Part shown: positions 49,208-61,282 of the stretch, in pieces
How the letters are laid out: each line of letters starts with the position of its first letter
Position numbering within the stretch: the stretch's first letter is position 1
Origin: Camelus dromedarius
Lineage: Eukaryota
Direction of reading: 5' to 3'
Length of the DNA stretch: 64,000 nucleotides
NCBI RefSeq assembly: GCF_036321535.1
Contig: NC_087436.1
Location: forward strand, 122,142,001-122,206,000
Translations under genes and position numbers: made by a program
Notes under the pieces: model-generated
Told to the model about the DNA's origin: nothing
What the model saw: the letters and a program-made list of their open reading frames with translations, nothing else
The model's database searches: none

Positions 49208-52200
49208 GTAGGCTGTGGGTGTGGACCTGAAGTCTTGGTGTCACCTGTAGGCCAGACGGAGATGGCTCCGGTTGTGCACCCATGTTTAAATGTGGCTGTG
49301 ACATAGAGGAATCATTCTTGGCCATGTAGCTCACTTCGTGAGTCTCCGTGTGGCATTTACACTGACAGTACAGACCATTCACAGCCGTCAATGCTCAGTG
49401 CTCCCACCAGCCTTTCCACGTGAGAGAGGACCTGCAGAGTGAGAGCTGGCCAAGGTCGCAGCCTTCTGGCCCCAGCCACACATCAAAGTGCCTGCTGGGG
49501 GCTATTTCTGTGCTTTGGGAGGCTCAGGGAGACCCTCATCCTAACCCCTCCCCTTCCCCTTCCCCTTTTCCAGCCTCAGGACCCACGGCAGAGCAGACCT
49601 TCTGCTCTCCTCCACTCTCCCGCCCTCTCCTTTCTACTTCCTGACCGCAGGCTCTCTGGGCTTCTAAAATTCTTCCTCCCTCTCAGCCATGCTGAATCAG
49701 TGGGCCTTCAGTCCCTCCGGAGAGCAGGAGAGGTGCGGAGGCCTGTTGGCCAGGCCTGTGTGGCCCTCCTTCTCCTGAGTCAGTTCTGCTTTGAGAAGTG
49801 GGGCTGGGGTCAGACACGAAGAAGAGAAGCGTCTTCCTGCCGTGGGAACCCTGTGTTCATTCAGGGAGACGCAGCACAACTGAACTGGCTTCCAGTGCAA
49901 GGACATCTGACCAAACACACAGGCGCTGTGGGGGAGCCTTCTCGTCCTTCTCCCGCATGGCTGCGGGGTCATTCGACCTGCTTCCAAGATGCCTCTTCCA
50001 GGGACTGCGAGTGACTGCGTTATGAAGAGTCTGGAAGCTGCCTGAGACCGGCCAGGCTGGCTCTGGCCAAAGAGCTCTGTTCCCTCTGCTGGAACTCCTG
50101 CCCCATGGCCACAGCGCTTGGCCTCACTCCTTTCAGACCTTCATCACCGGTCCCTCCTCAGCCCCCGCTGACCACTGCACTCCATCCCTGTGGGCCACAT
50201 CTGTCCTTGCAGCCTCTGTGGGTCGGGAGTGCAGGCACAGCTGAGCTGGGTCCTCCCGGGGCTGTGGTCTCAGCCGAGGCTGGACGGGTGCACGGTGGCT
50301 CCAGCTCGGGCTGGCTTTCCAGGGCCTCCAGCAGGGCAGGGTGAGCTGTGCATGCAGGGCTTCCTGCGGGTGCAGGTCCGCCCCTCCACCTGACCCCCAG
50401 GGCACCCAGGTCCGTCTTCTCCTGTTGGCCTGGCCCCTTCTGGAGCATTCACTTCGTTTTTCTGGAGAGGAGTGGAGCTCTACTTTGTAAATAAGCAGTG
50501 AGTCATTAGCTGCGATGTTGGTGAAAAGGGTAATTTGGCTGCTTTTAGCCCTGCTGTGACGGGGTTCCCACCCCAGGTCTCTGCTGTTCCCACTGTCGCC
50601 TCCAGCCTGGCAGCCGAGTTTCCACCCCTGCTGGGCTGCATCTGCCTCGCATGTGAAGCAGGGCCACATCGGGTGAACGTGTCTTGTGCCCTGGGCTGTG
50701 GGACCCTTGGACACTCAGCAGGGACGCTGTCTGCCACCTGGCTCCTGGGCAGCAGTGTACTGCTTTAGGCGAACGTGCATGAGGGTGTGAAGCTAGGGCC
50801 ACGTGGTCGTTGTGAGGACGATAGGGAGAGATAGGAGGGGAGCCGGGCTGCACAATGAAGTGAGAAGACGCTGGGAAGGGTGCGTCCCCAGAGCCTGGCC
50901 CCTGCCTTCCTCACCTTCTCAGGTGCTTGGAGCCCGCCAGGAGCAGAGCACCAGCACCCAGAGGCCGCCACCCAGAAGGTGGCCCTCGGCTCACTGCTCC
51001 TCTTCAGTCGACTCCCCCCAGCATCCCCCCACCAAGCCCACCTGGAGGCACCTCCTCCAGGAAGCCCCTCCTGACTGCCCTGGTCCTGCTCTGAGCTCCT
51101 GCTGCTCTTTGAGTCAGTCTGACCCTTGATTCTCAAGTTGCTGGTGCTTCTTGAGTTGGCGTCACATCCACATTTGATCAGCCGGCATCACTGCATGTGA
51201 GCCCGGCTCCATCCCAGACACCAGGCGCCCTGCTCCCAAGGGCCAGCGCTGGTCAGCTGAGGCGCGGGAGCCAGCCCGAGGGGACAGCACCAAGCGATCA
51301 GCACACGTCCAGCACAGAGGCCGGTGCCAGCGGAGCCCTGAGAACGGCCCTCCCCGGGCCAGGCAGGCTGCCCCGAGTAGCAACACCCGGGCTGAGCTTT
51401 AAGGGACGCGAAGGAGCCAGTCAGTCTGTGCCAGCTAGACCAGCCGGCACTCCTGGGGCCAGGCGCTCACTGGGCCCTGAGCTGTAAACATGAGTACGTG
51501 GAGAAAAGCAAGTGCAGACTGCCCTCCTAACAGCAAGAGTACTGCACGTGCACCCACACAGCGCACACACACGTGCACACACACGTGCGCGCGGTGGTAC
51601 ACACGAGCACACGTGCAGGACACAGCCCTCTGTGTGAAATGCCAGGTTGTGCGTTCATGAGGGTTCACGAGGTTGGGGCACGATGGGGAGCCTCTCCCAG
51701 GGCTGCTCTCGGGGAGACAGGCCTGTGTGTGGTTACAGATGAGGCAGCAGGGACCTGGTCCGCTGTATGGACGTGTGAGAAACGTTGTGTCAGAAGAAGG
51801 GGCCAGTCCTCACGAGGCGCGGAGCAGAAGGCCTCCCAGATCCAACGTCGTTTTGCTTCGGAGGCAGGGGCACAGAGGCCTGGGGGCAACAGAGCTGCCA
51901 GCAAGGCTGTGGGGAGCAGAGCCAGGGCTGGAGGGCTGACCGGACTCCCGTCCCTGTCTCGGGCTCAGTCCTACTCTTTTCAGAATTGCCATGTCGTTTG
52001 CTCCTCTTGTGAGCAGGCTTTCCTCATGTACAGGGCCCTTGGCCACCCTCTGCCCAGCACATGTCCCACCAGCTCTACGGAAGAAAGGAAAGGAATTCTT
52101 TCTCAGCCACAGACACTGCGAAGGAGACGTATGGCGTCTGGTGGTGGCCACGCAGCTCCGTCAGACCACCCTCCCCCAGATGTCAACTCTGCAGTGTGGG

Positions 52201-52639
52201 AAGATATAATTAACAACCACCTGAAGTTCCTGAAAAGGGGCCAGAAGCAGACAGACTTGGAGGTGGGTGGACACTGGGAGGAAGGAACAGTCCAGGTTCC
52301 TTCCTGAAGACAACCTCGGTCAGCTCGGTGGGTGGCTAAAACTGACAGCAACCCAGAGCCGTACGAGCGTGAAGAACCGGAGGACAGAGGCTGGGGCAAC
52401 CAGCGCATCTGCAGAGTGAGGGGAAAATCTCAGAAACGAGAGAGCTGAAGAGCACCAGCTTCCGGGCACGGGCTCTGCCCAGAGCCCTGGCTGAGCCCTC
52501 AGCGCGTGCGAGCAGGGCAGGCCTCCAGCAGCCTGGCTGTGGCTGAAAGGGCTGACTGCAGATTTCAGCCGCTGCTCACGGAGAGGGCGCAAAGTGTGAA
52601 GTTTGACTTTCGCCGAATTAACTGCCCCTGTTATAAATA

Positions 52640-53020
52640 CCAGTACTGCTGAGAACAACATAACAGAATCCAGACTGCCCACCACGCGTCACTCACAACA
52701 TCCAGGATACAAGCCAAGTTACCTACCCTGTGATGAAACAGGACGACCTGATCCATGCTCAAGAGAAAAGACAGCCACGGGAGATCCTGAGATGGCCCCA
52801 ATGTTGGATTCAGCAGACAAGAATTTTAAAGCCACCATTATAGCTATACTCAAGTGCGTAAACGATAATATGCTCTTAATAAATGAAAAAACTGGAAATC
52901 TCAGAAAATAAAAAGAACCAAATGGAAATTCTAAAGCTGAAAACTGCAATATCAGAAAATAAACATTCCACCTACTGGGCTTAACAGCAGAGTCGACGTG
53001 GAGAAGACCTTGGCAGACAG
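52640..53020 (+). mobile_element. Old L1 ORF1 N-terminal relic
   Basis: CCTGAGATGGCCCCAATGTTGGATTCAGCAGACAAGAATTTTAAAGCC (PEMAPMLDSADKNFKA) and AAATGGAAATTCTAAAGCTGAAAACTGCAATATCAG. Confidence 0.65.
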
Positions 53021-54235
53021 GACACGAAGCCCCCTGGCCAGACCAGCCGAAGCGCGTGGCCACCGCTGTCTTCTCTCTGGGGGCCGGTGCAGCTGCCCAT
53101 TCGCGGGCCATGGCGGGGGGGATTGGAAAGTCATGGGAAGAGTTCCAGATGAATCGTTCCAGTGTGCTGTGTTCATGAAGCCAGCACAGGGCCTTAATCA
53201 AGTCCTAGAAGGGAAATCGGAGTGTTTTCATTTCCAACCAAGTGACGTGGAAGGGTCGACAGGCCTTGGCAGAGAGAGGGGACTGCGGGCCCCCAGAGCT
53301 CGGTCCTGGGAGGAACTTCAGGGAGCACAGGGGAGCCCAGCCTTTCCCACTCTTCCTGGCCACGCAGTGGAAGCAAACACTCTTCACCCTGTCAAGACAG
53401 GAGCGCTCTTTCTGGCCAGAACCGCTGAAGGCACCAGCTGGACAGGGCCAGGAGGGGCAGGGCTGAAGCGAGGACTGGGTTTGAGAGGTCAGCCAGTCCT
53501 GTTCCTTCCAAGGTATCTGCTCTGTCTTCACAGCCCCTCCAGCTCCACCACCCCAAGGCCATGGCTGCCAGGCCATGTTGTCTGAAGGCCCCACAGGCAG
53601 CCTCTAGTGTGACCCCAGAGTTGACCCACTGCAGAGGGCAGCGGGCCCTCCCTGGTCCTGGTCACGCTCTCCTGGGACCTCAGGTCCTCAGCTGCTTGTC
53701 TCTCAGGGTTCCCACAATGATGAGGCTCTGGGAGCCCCAGCTTTGACCCGGCCCCGCCGCCCAGCAAGGCTCCCAAGCCTGCCCTCGCGGCTGCCTCCTC
53801 CATTTAAATTCTTCTTTTTCGGAGGCGAGCAGGAGAGAACAACTTCATATTAAATCCCAAGCAGGAGCCAGGCTCTACTTGCTGCTTTTCCTGCCTGGGC
53901 CCATGGGGGCGCCCTGGCGGTGAGGGCGAATGGTCCTTGTTCATAGTTGGAGAAACCAGGCTTGTTCAGGTCAGTCAGGTCACTTCCCCAAGGCCACGCA
54001 GAGCCTCCTGTGAGTGAGGGTGCTGGGCTGGGACCCAGGTGTGTGAGGGGCAGCGCCCCGGTTCTGGGGTCAGATCTCCCTGCCAGCAGGCTGAGAGCAG
54101 GGGCTGCATCCACGTCAGTCAGGGCTTCCCTGCAGCACCTGCCAGGCCCTCAGTCAATATTGCTGAACAAATAACTCTCTAATAGGCCCCGTCCAGGTTG
54201 GCTAGCACGTGGCGCTTGATTTGTAAAGCCCAAGC

Positions 54236-54383
54236 GGGGAAGGTACAGCTCAGCAGTGGAGCGCATGCCTAGCACGCACAAGGTCCTGGGTTCAGCCCCC
54301 AGCACCTCCATTAATAAATAAGTAAATAAACCCAATTACCTACCCTCCCAACAAAATTATAAAAATAAAATATAAATAAATTA
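54236..54383 (+). mobile_element. tRNA-Ala-derived SINE (camelid Vic-1-like)
   Basis: GGGGAAGGTACAGCTCAGCAGTGGAGCGCATGCCTAGCACGCACAAGGTCCTGGGTTCAGCCCCCAGCACCTCCA with an AT-rich tail. TSD core ATTTGTAAAGCC at 54219-54230 and 54384-54395. Confidence 0.9.
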
Positions 54384-54588
54384 ATTTGTAAAGCCAAAAG
54401 CAGCACCATCCTGACCAGTCAGCAGAGACCAGTGGTGCCAGTTGGACCTTGATCGCCGCGTCCTCCAGGAGCCCTTCGGTCGGCTCACTTCCATGTGTGG
54501 TGGCCACTGCCTGGTGGCTCATGCCCTCGGTCCCACCTCGTGTGAGTTTTGGGCCGGCCTCTGATGTCGAGTGTTCCTGCTTGTATAG

Positions 54589-54720
54589 GGAAGGAGCGGC
54601 TTGCTGCTTGCCTTGGAGTAACTGTTCAGGAGGCTGCCCAGTTTTTGGAGAGTTTTTTGCAGAAGTACAAGAAAGTCAAGGACTTCACCCAAGCAACCAT
54701 TGCCCAGTGTCACCAAACAG
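54589..54720 (+). CDS. POLN: DNA polymerase nu, internal coding exon (132 nt, phase 1-1): (G)[43 protein letters not shown](G)
   Basis: Acceptor GTTCCTGCTTGTATAG, donor ACAG|GTAAGC. Visible in ORF track 54549-54824. Matches the human POLN fingers region. Confidence 0.97.
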
Positions 54721-55084
54721 GTAAGCCGGCTGCAGCCAAAGCCCCTGGCAGGTCCCTCACCCCACCTTTGCCCTCCCTGTGGCAGCCGGGGGCCTCCCGC
54801 CCTGCTCCACCTGCGGGCAGGTGAGCAGGTGGGAGGGGGTGCGTGGGTGGATGGATGAGGACTGGGCGAGTGCCCAGCCCCTGCTGGACACATGGGACTG
54901 GAAGGCTCCACATGGGAGGGCCCAGAGCCAGGCTCTTCTTGAAGCACAGAAGTCAAGCTTGAGTTAGAAACAACAGAAGGGCAGGTCCACACAGAGAGAA
55001 AACCCCACACCTGAAGGTGGAGAGCACGTGCTCTTAGGAGAAGCACGTGGTGAGTCCACAGCGCACCACCACAGTTTGGTCACA

Positions 55085-55490
55085 GAGTTTCAAAGAATAG
55101 CAAATAGAACATGTTCTGTGACCACAATGGAGTAAAACGGTTTTATCTCTGTACATGTGGCCATCTGTCCGTCTACCTATTTGGAAAATCATTGCACTCC
55201 TAAATGATTTAGGATCAAAAAGAAGAAGCCCCAGGAAAATCGCCGGCATTTTAGAAGGAGATGACAGCCTGAGTATCTCACGGGAAGAACTGTGAGACAC
55301 GGCCAGGCGGACACTTCACTTAGAGGTGAAGGAAGTCTGCAAGAGTGTTTTAAAGAGAAAAAACACCTTCTGCACATAAATGGCTGTACTGAACATTCAG
55401 GGCATCTGGAAGGGGCAGCGGAGCAGACGAGAGGAAAGAAGGAAGGACGTAGGAGCAGAAACTCAGGAAACAGACGGCGGCCGAGAGGCT
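55085..55490 (+). mobile_element. Degenerate L1 ORF2 fragment
   Basis: ATGTTCTGTGACCACAATGGAGTAAAAC (FSDHN endonuclease-like motif) and TTGGAAAATCATTGCACTCCTAAATGA. Confidence 0.55.
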
Positions 55491-57594
55491 TGGTGGGGGT
55501 CTCGGTGGGAGCCGCGGGCTCAGCGCACGCTCAAGATGAGAGCCCGAGTCGCGGGGGAAGCCGCCCCGCAGCCCAGTGAGGAAGGCCCTGCCCGGCTCTC
55601 CAGGACGCGCTGGTGACTTTCCTCCCGGAGCGCACAGCGCCCGCGCGGCCCTCCACAGGCTCCCCCGGGCCTGACTGCACGTCCCACCACCGGCCTGTGC
55701 GGGGGCCTCCCTGAGTCCTGCAGCCTCCGAGGGAGGCAGAGGACCACTTCCGTCCCCCAGCGAGTTCCAGCACAGCCCGCAAGCCCGGACCATTCCCGGG
55801 CCCAGGAGCCCCCAGCTTGGGGAGAGTGAAGTCCTGTCAACTTTGAAACGGTGAAGTGGTGACAGTGGCCAGTGCTGACGAGAGCGTGCGGAGCCGGGGT
55901 CGCTGTAGGTGGAGGTGCGGCGGAAGTGGGGGCCTCTGTGGGTGGGGGGCTCCCACACTGGCCTGTGTGGCCCTCGCCGCAGCTCTGAAGCGTGGGCCGT
56001 GTCGTCACCCCACCTCACAGGTGAGAAAGTGAGTCCCCGACAGGTTGAGTAGCTTCCCAGTTCATGCAGCAACCAGCGGCGCCGGGCTGGGCCTGCCGCT
56101 AGCGCCAGAGCCAGGGCCTCCCCTGCTGGGGGCTCCACTTCCCTCCCTTGTGCTGAGCTTCCTCGAAGCGCCGTGGGGCTCTAGGTGCCCCAGCGCGAAG
56201 TGTGTGTGCCCTTTGATGCGGCAGTTACACGTCTGGGCAGACGCTGTGAAGACACACTCAGTGGTCATTAAACGTCTGTTGCGTGCCTGCCCCGTGTCAG
56301 GCACTGTACTGAGCCAGGGGCAGAAGCTCCTTGCTCTCCTGGAGCTGCGGTGCAGGGAGACGTAACCCTCGAGTGAGCCGTTGCATCCCGTGTCCGAAGG
56401 CTGGGATCCTGGGTGTCTGAGCAGGGGCAGCAGAGGAGGGCCCTGGAGAGCCGTTAGCCACAGTGACTCGAGGAGATGCACCTGAGCTATTTGACAGGCT
56501 GAGAAGAGCCAGGAGTGGTCCCAGCGGGGCAGGGATCAGGGAGCCAGAGAAGAGACAGGACGTGGCCAGACCCGCCCAGCACGCCACAAGCCACAAGAAG
56601 AACCTGGGTTTCATTTTTCTCAAATTATTCCAGCAACAGTGTGGAAAAGAGACTGGGAGGGGAGGTGAAGCTAGAGCTGCACCTGGGGACAGTGACAGGG
56701 GTGTTAGCTCAGAAACTGGGGGGTGACGGGGGAACCACTGGTGGGAGGTGCCAAGGAGGCGGTGTCCACAGCGGGAACCACCGAGGCGTGAAGGAGACGG
56801 TGTGCAGGATGGGGCCAAGCCCTCAGGTGTGGCCTGCCAGGGGTGAGACAGGAGGCCCAGGCAGTTTACCACGGTGTCGGCAAGGCTGTAGGTCCAGGGC
56901 CCTCCTTGTATGGGCCCCTCCCAAAACCCTGGGAAAGGCGCTGCCTGGTTCACGGCGTCACGTCTTTTGTAAAATTCATAGAAGCAGGGTGTGTCAGCTG
57001 CAGCTGACTGGGACTGCTGCCAGCCACCCCACGCCGCCCGCCTCCACCGCACCCCTTCCCATGGTAGGGCCACTGGAGTGGCCACAGCCAGTTCTCGAGT
57101 CCAGCCAAGGGGAATTTGAGTTGGTGACTCACTTCGTTTGGATTTCAATGTGAATATTCCTGTTCCGTTGCTCCTTCCATGTGTGGCGGAGGGATGATAG
57201 CCTTCCTCCCCGCCCACCGCCCAGGACAGTGTCACGGAGGTGTGGGCCACGGGCCACCTCCCTCATGAACAGGAGCTGTGGTCTTCAGCCCTGCAAACCT
57301 TGGAAGCAGCGTCTGAAACGTGTGGAACAGGGGCCTCCGCAAAGGGGTGACTGGGTTCAGGACTCCTCCCACCATAGGTAACTGGAAAACTGGGCCAAAT
57401 GTGCCGCCACTGTTTCAGACACTGGATCCTGGGTAGCGTGCCCCTGTTCTGTGAGCGGAGAGCTGGCACCCTGCGTCCAGAGCACAGGCAGGGTGTGGGG
57501 GCCCAGCGGTCCCCCTGGTTTCACTGAGTTGCAGAGACCAGGACTGGGACTGGGGAGGCAGGGGCAGCTGGGTTTTGCAAGACAGAGTATCAGA

Positions 57595-57960
57595 GAGAGG
57601 GAGTTATGCAGAAAACTTGCTCCTAAATCTTCAGAGGATTCCCTCTGTTTTATTAGTGAGGTACACGTGCAGAGTGAAACTCCACAGGACTAAGCAGAAT
57701 GATTTCAAGGAGCAGCCGGCTGAACAGTCCCAGAGTCCACACAGGGTGAGGAGAAGCTGAGTTCTGACCTGGAGTGGAGAGTCCTTGTTGGACACCTGGG
57801 GCATTCAGTGGAGACCCCAGAAGGATAACAGGTTAATAGTGGGTCTAAACTAGCCCTAGATTAAAGGCTGCTCTAAACCCACCCTAACAGAACTTAAAAA
57901 TGGGCCTCCAGAGGGTCAGGTGGTCTGCAAGTACCTGCCTGCCTCACAGCCTTGAAAACA
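57595..57960 (+). mobile_element. Old L1 5'-region relic
   Basis: GCAGAGTGAAACTCCACAGG...TAGCCCTAGATTAAAGGCTGCTCTAAACCCACCCTAACAGAACTTAAAAA resembles recalled L1M 5' consensus. Confidence 0.45.
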
Positions 57961-58800
57961 AGACACCAAGACCCAGCTCTGAGCGGCAGCAGGCACGCGG
58001 CAGCCCGCATCCAGCCAGAAGTCGCCCGCCACGCGAGAGGCAGAGCCGTGCCGGCGGCGCGCGGGCTTCCCGGTCCCCGCCGCCTGCTGCTGTCGGGGGC
58101 TGAACTACGGACTGCCCGTAAAGCGGGTGCTCCATACACTGTCATGTCTATAATTACTGTACACGTGAGAAGTTCTTCCACTCCTCAGACTTATAGAAGC
58201 ATAAGTTGGGCATTTAGTTCTTGACAACACCTGGTGAAACCGAAGTCCTCTCTGGTCAGGAACGTACTCAACCAACACAGCACGTCCGTGTTCACTTTCC
58301 TAATGAAGACCCCAAATTATGGGAGCTTCAGGCCCCACAAAACTTGGGTGTGCCCTCGTGTGTACAGACGTGGCCCCTGACTCAGGTCATCAGCCCCACC
58401 TGGAGTCAACTGTGGATTAATGCTTCTCTCCCCCGTTCCAGTTGCCACACAGCCCAGAATTACTCCTGTACCCACGTCCCCCAGGTGGTTTTCAACCCCT
58501 GTAAGAGTAAGAACTGCCTCCCCGTCCTAACGCAGATCTAAGCGCAGCGCCGAGTCAGACGGGGCGCACAGACAGGCCATTAGGCAGCGGAGGCCGCCTC
58601 CTGCTGGCCTTGCTTTCCCCCTACGGAACCCACCTGCCCTGACTCAGACCAGGAGGCCTCAGGGCAACCCCTGCCTCCCTCCAGCAGCAGGGAGGGGTCC
58701 TGTGGGGCCCCTGGACCCAAGCTGAGAGTGGCCCTACCCACAAAGGGCAGGGTCCACCAGGGTCCTGCCTCTCAGCCTGCTCTTCCTCCCTATAACCCAG

Positions 58801-58911
58801 GCTTCGTGGCGTCCATCGTGGGCAGGAGGCGACCCCTGCCGCGGATCCGAGCACGGGACCGGCAGCTCCGGGCACAGGCAGAGCGGCAGGCAGTGAACTT
58901 CGTGGTGCAAG
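58801..58911 (+). CDS. POLN: DNA polymerase nu, internal coding exon (111 nt, phase 1-1): (G)[36 protein letters not shown](G)
   Basis: Acceptor CTCTTCCTCCCTATAACCCAG, donor CAAG|GTGCAG. Family-A motifs GRRR and AERQAVN..VQG. Confidence 0.97.
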
Positions 58912-61203
58912 GTGCAGACCCCTGTCCCCACCCCGTTTGCTTCTTGGGTTTTCGGCAGCCACAGGGCTGGGTAACACCCAGCAGATCATTGTCGCGAAGT
59001 TTCCTGCTCCTGCCCCCCGGCGCTTGCTGTTGGGCGGCGCTGGTGAAGTAACACCCGGCACAGGGCCGCCTTGGTAACTGTGATGCCCCGCAAGGCGGGC
59101 CCCGGCCATGCGGCCCCTGTGTGCGGGTGGGACAGAGGCTCCCGGGGCGTGTCCCCGCCCTCGGCCTGGACCCTCCGCCACACCCCTCAGGCCTGGCAGC
59201 TGTGAGACCTTGGGGCAGGCATCCGAACCCCAGCCGGGTGCACCCTCCAGGAACCTGCAGCCAGTGGGGCAGGCTGGAGGGGTGACCACGTGTCGTCTCT
59301 AGCTGCAGCGTTCAGATGGTTCGAAGCAGGAGTCCCTGCGTGGAGGCGAGGTGAGAGGGCTGTGATGGCCACCCCGCATGCCGTGCGCTGCGAGCTGTCC
59401 TGACCAGGCCCCAGGCAGGCCTGGGAGCAGCACTGTGACCCCAGAGGTCACAGGTGGAGGACCTGGGCCCCCAAGGCCCAGAGACGAAGCCTGGAGGCAG
59501 GATTCCAGCCCCAGAGGGGTGTTCTGCAGCAAGAGGATGGCCTGGGTTGAGCACGAAGGCCGGGTCCCCAGCGAGCCCTGCAGAGAGGCAGGCCTGGCGG
59601 TGCTGCCAGGTGGCTCAGCCTCCTGCGTTCCTCGGAGAGCAGGAGAGGCGGCAGCAGCTGGCGGCTTGATTGGCAGGAGCTGTCTAGACTCAGTATCCAG
59701 CCCTCTCGGGCCCCACCCCCACTGTGACCACCAGATCCTGAGACGGCTCTGGTCTGAGGCAGGTTCTCTGGTCGGAGGGCGCAGCCACAGGGCTCCGCTC
59801 ACTGGGCGTGTGTGAGGAGACGTGAAGCTGCTTTAGAGAGCCCTCCCGGGCAGAAGAGCCCACGAGACACCTTCCTGTGAGGCGCCGACTGGGAGGCTTG
59901 GCCTGGAGCCGCCGCAGGGTACTCGCCTCCCAGCCGAGCTGTCACCCTGCCTGCCTGTCTCGGAGCAAGTGACCTGCCAGTCATCCGTCTGACGAGTAGG
60001 CGCCAGGGGCCAGCAAGGGCCGGCGCCCCCAGGGAGCCCTACCTCCCCGTGGCGCCCCGGCCCCTCGGCTCCGCCCCCAGACGTGCTCTGTTCCCTCCAC
60101 CCAGTCCCTCCCTGCCTCGTCTCTGCTGGTCTGTCCAGTCCTCCTGAAGTAGCAGGCGCCCTGACATCCCACCCTGGCAGAGGGTTCCCACAGCCCTGAG
60201 ACCCTTCACAGCCAGCGGGTTGGCCTCAGAGCCCAGACTTGTGTGTCCAGCCTTCCTGCCACACGCGTGTGGCGTGGGGAAGAGCAGTGAGCGCCCTGGG
60301 GCGGTGCCCTCGGAGGAGGAGGACGGGCCACTGCCTGGGGACGCCTGTTTCTTCGTCAACCTCAGGAACCATGAGCAGCTAAGGAGGCTTACAGCCACAA
60401 ACGGAAACCTGAACCTCGTGTTTCCCATGATCAGAGCCAGTTGTTAAGACACCCACTGCGCGCCTGGCACCGGAACAGGCACGGCCCCTGCGCTGGCCAG
60501 CACCTCGCGGAGAGCCTGACTGGCCGTGAAACCTGCCCCACGCAAACCTCGGAGGCTGAAGCGTGGAGGCTGAGGCTCAGCGAGGTTCCCCGACCACACA
60601 GCGCGGGCAGCCGGAGCCGGCGCTGAGCCCGCACAGCCGGCCAAGCTCCGTCATTCCTTTAGTTGGGGTGGTGGGCCGCTCCGGGTGTGGGCAGAACCCG
60701 TGGACATGCCGGGACACCGCTGCCGCCGTGAGCTCATGTTGTACGGCACAGGGGGGTCTGCAGATGTGAGGTCCCCCGTTGGCTGACTCGAGCTCATCGG
60801 AAGAGGGGCGTCCGCGTGGGCCTGACCTAATCAGGAGGCTTTGGGGCAGTGTCAGAGGTCTGGCCGTGGTGGAGCAAGCCGTGAGCTGGGGAGGGCCTGT
60901 GGTGGGGACCCGAGGGTGGCCTCTAGGGGCTCCCGGTCGACAACCACCACGAAACAGGAGCCTTGGCCATTTGGCTGCAAGGAAGTGAATTTTGCTGACG
61001 TCCTGAGGTACCTGACGGAGGTGGGCTCCCCGAGCGGACTGTCCAGACGAGGACACAGCCAGGCTGCACAGCAGGGCCCCGAGCGAAGGGCCCCACCACG
61101 TGCGGTGGGCAGCGTGGCAGTGGAGACGGCCGGCCCGGGCAGGCACGCAGGGCTGCGGGCCTGGGCCTCGTGCTGCTCGTGACAGAGCCTCTTGTGCCCA
61201 CAG

Positions 61204-61282
61204 GCTCAGCCGCGGACCTCTGCAAGATGGCCATGATCCGCATCTTCACCGCGGTGGCCGCTTCCCCGACCCTGACGGCCAG
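61204..61282 (+). CDS. POLN: DNA polymerase nu, internal coding exon (79 nt, phase 1-2): (G)SAADLCKMAMIRIFTAVAASPTLTA(R)
   Basis: Acceptor CCTCTTGTGCCCACAG, donor CCAG|GTCAGT. Completes QGSAAD..K.AM. The next exon (LVAQIHDE, motif C) is not found before 64000. Confidence 0.96.

Noticed and set aside
56297..57250. Long ORFs in the GC-rich region (317 aa here; also 60923-61837, 55350-56138, 51573-52307)
   Set aside because: Low-complexity Pro/Gly/Ala/Arg/Ser translations, overlapping on both strands and without domains, as expected by chance in GC-rich DNA.
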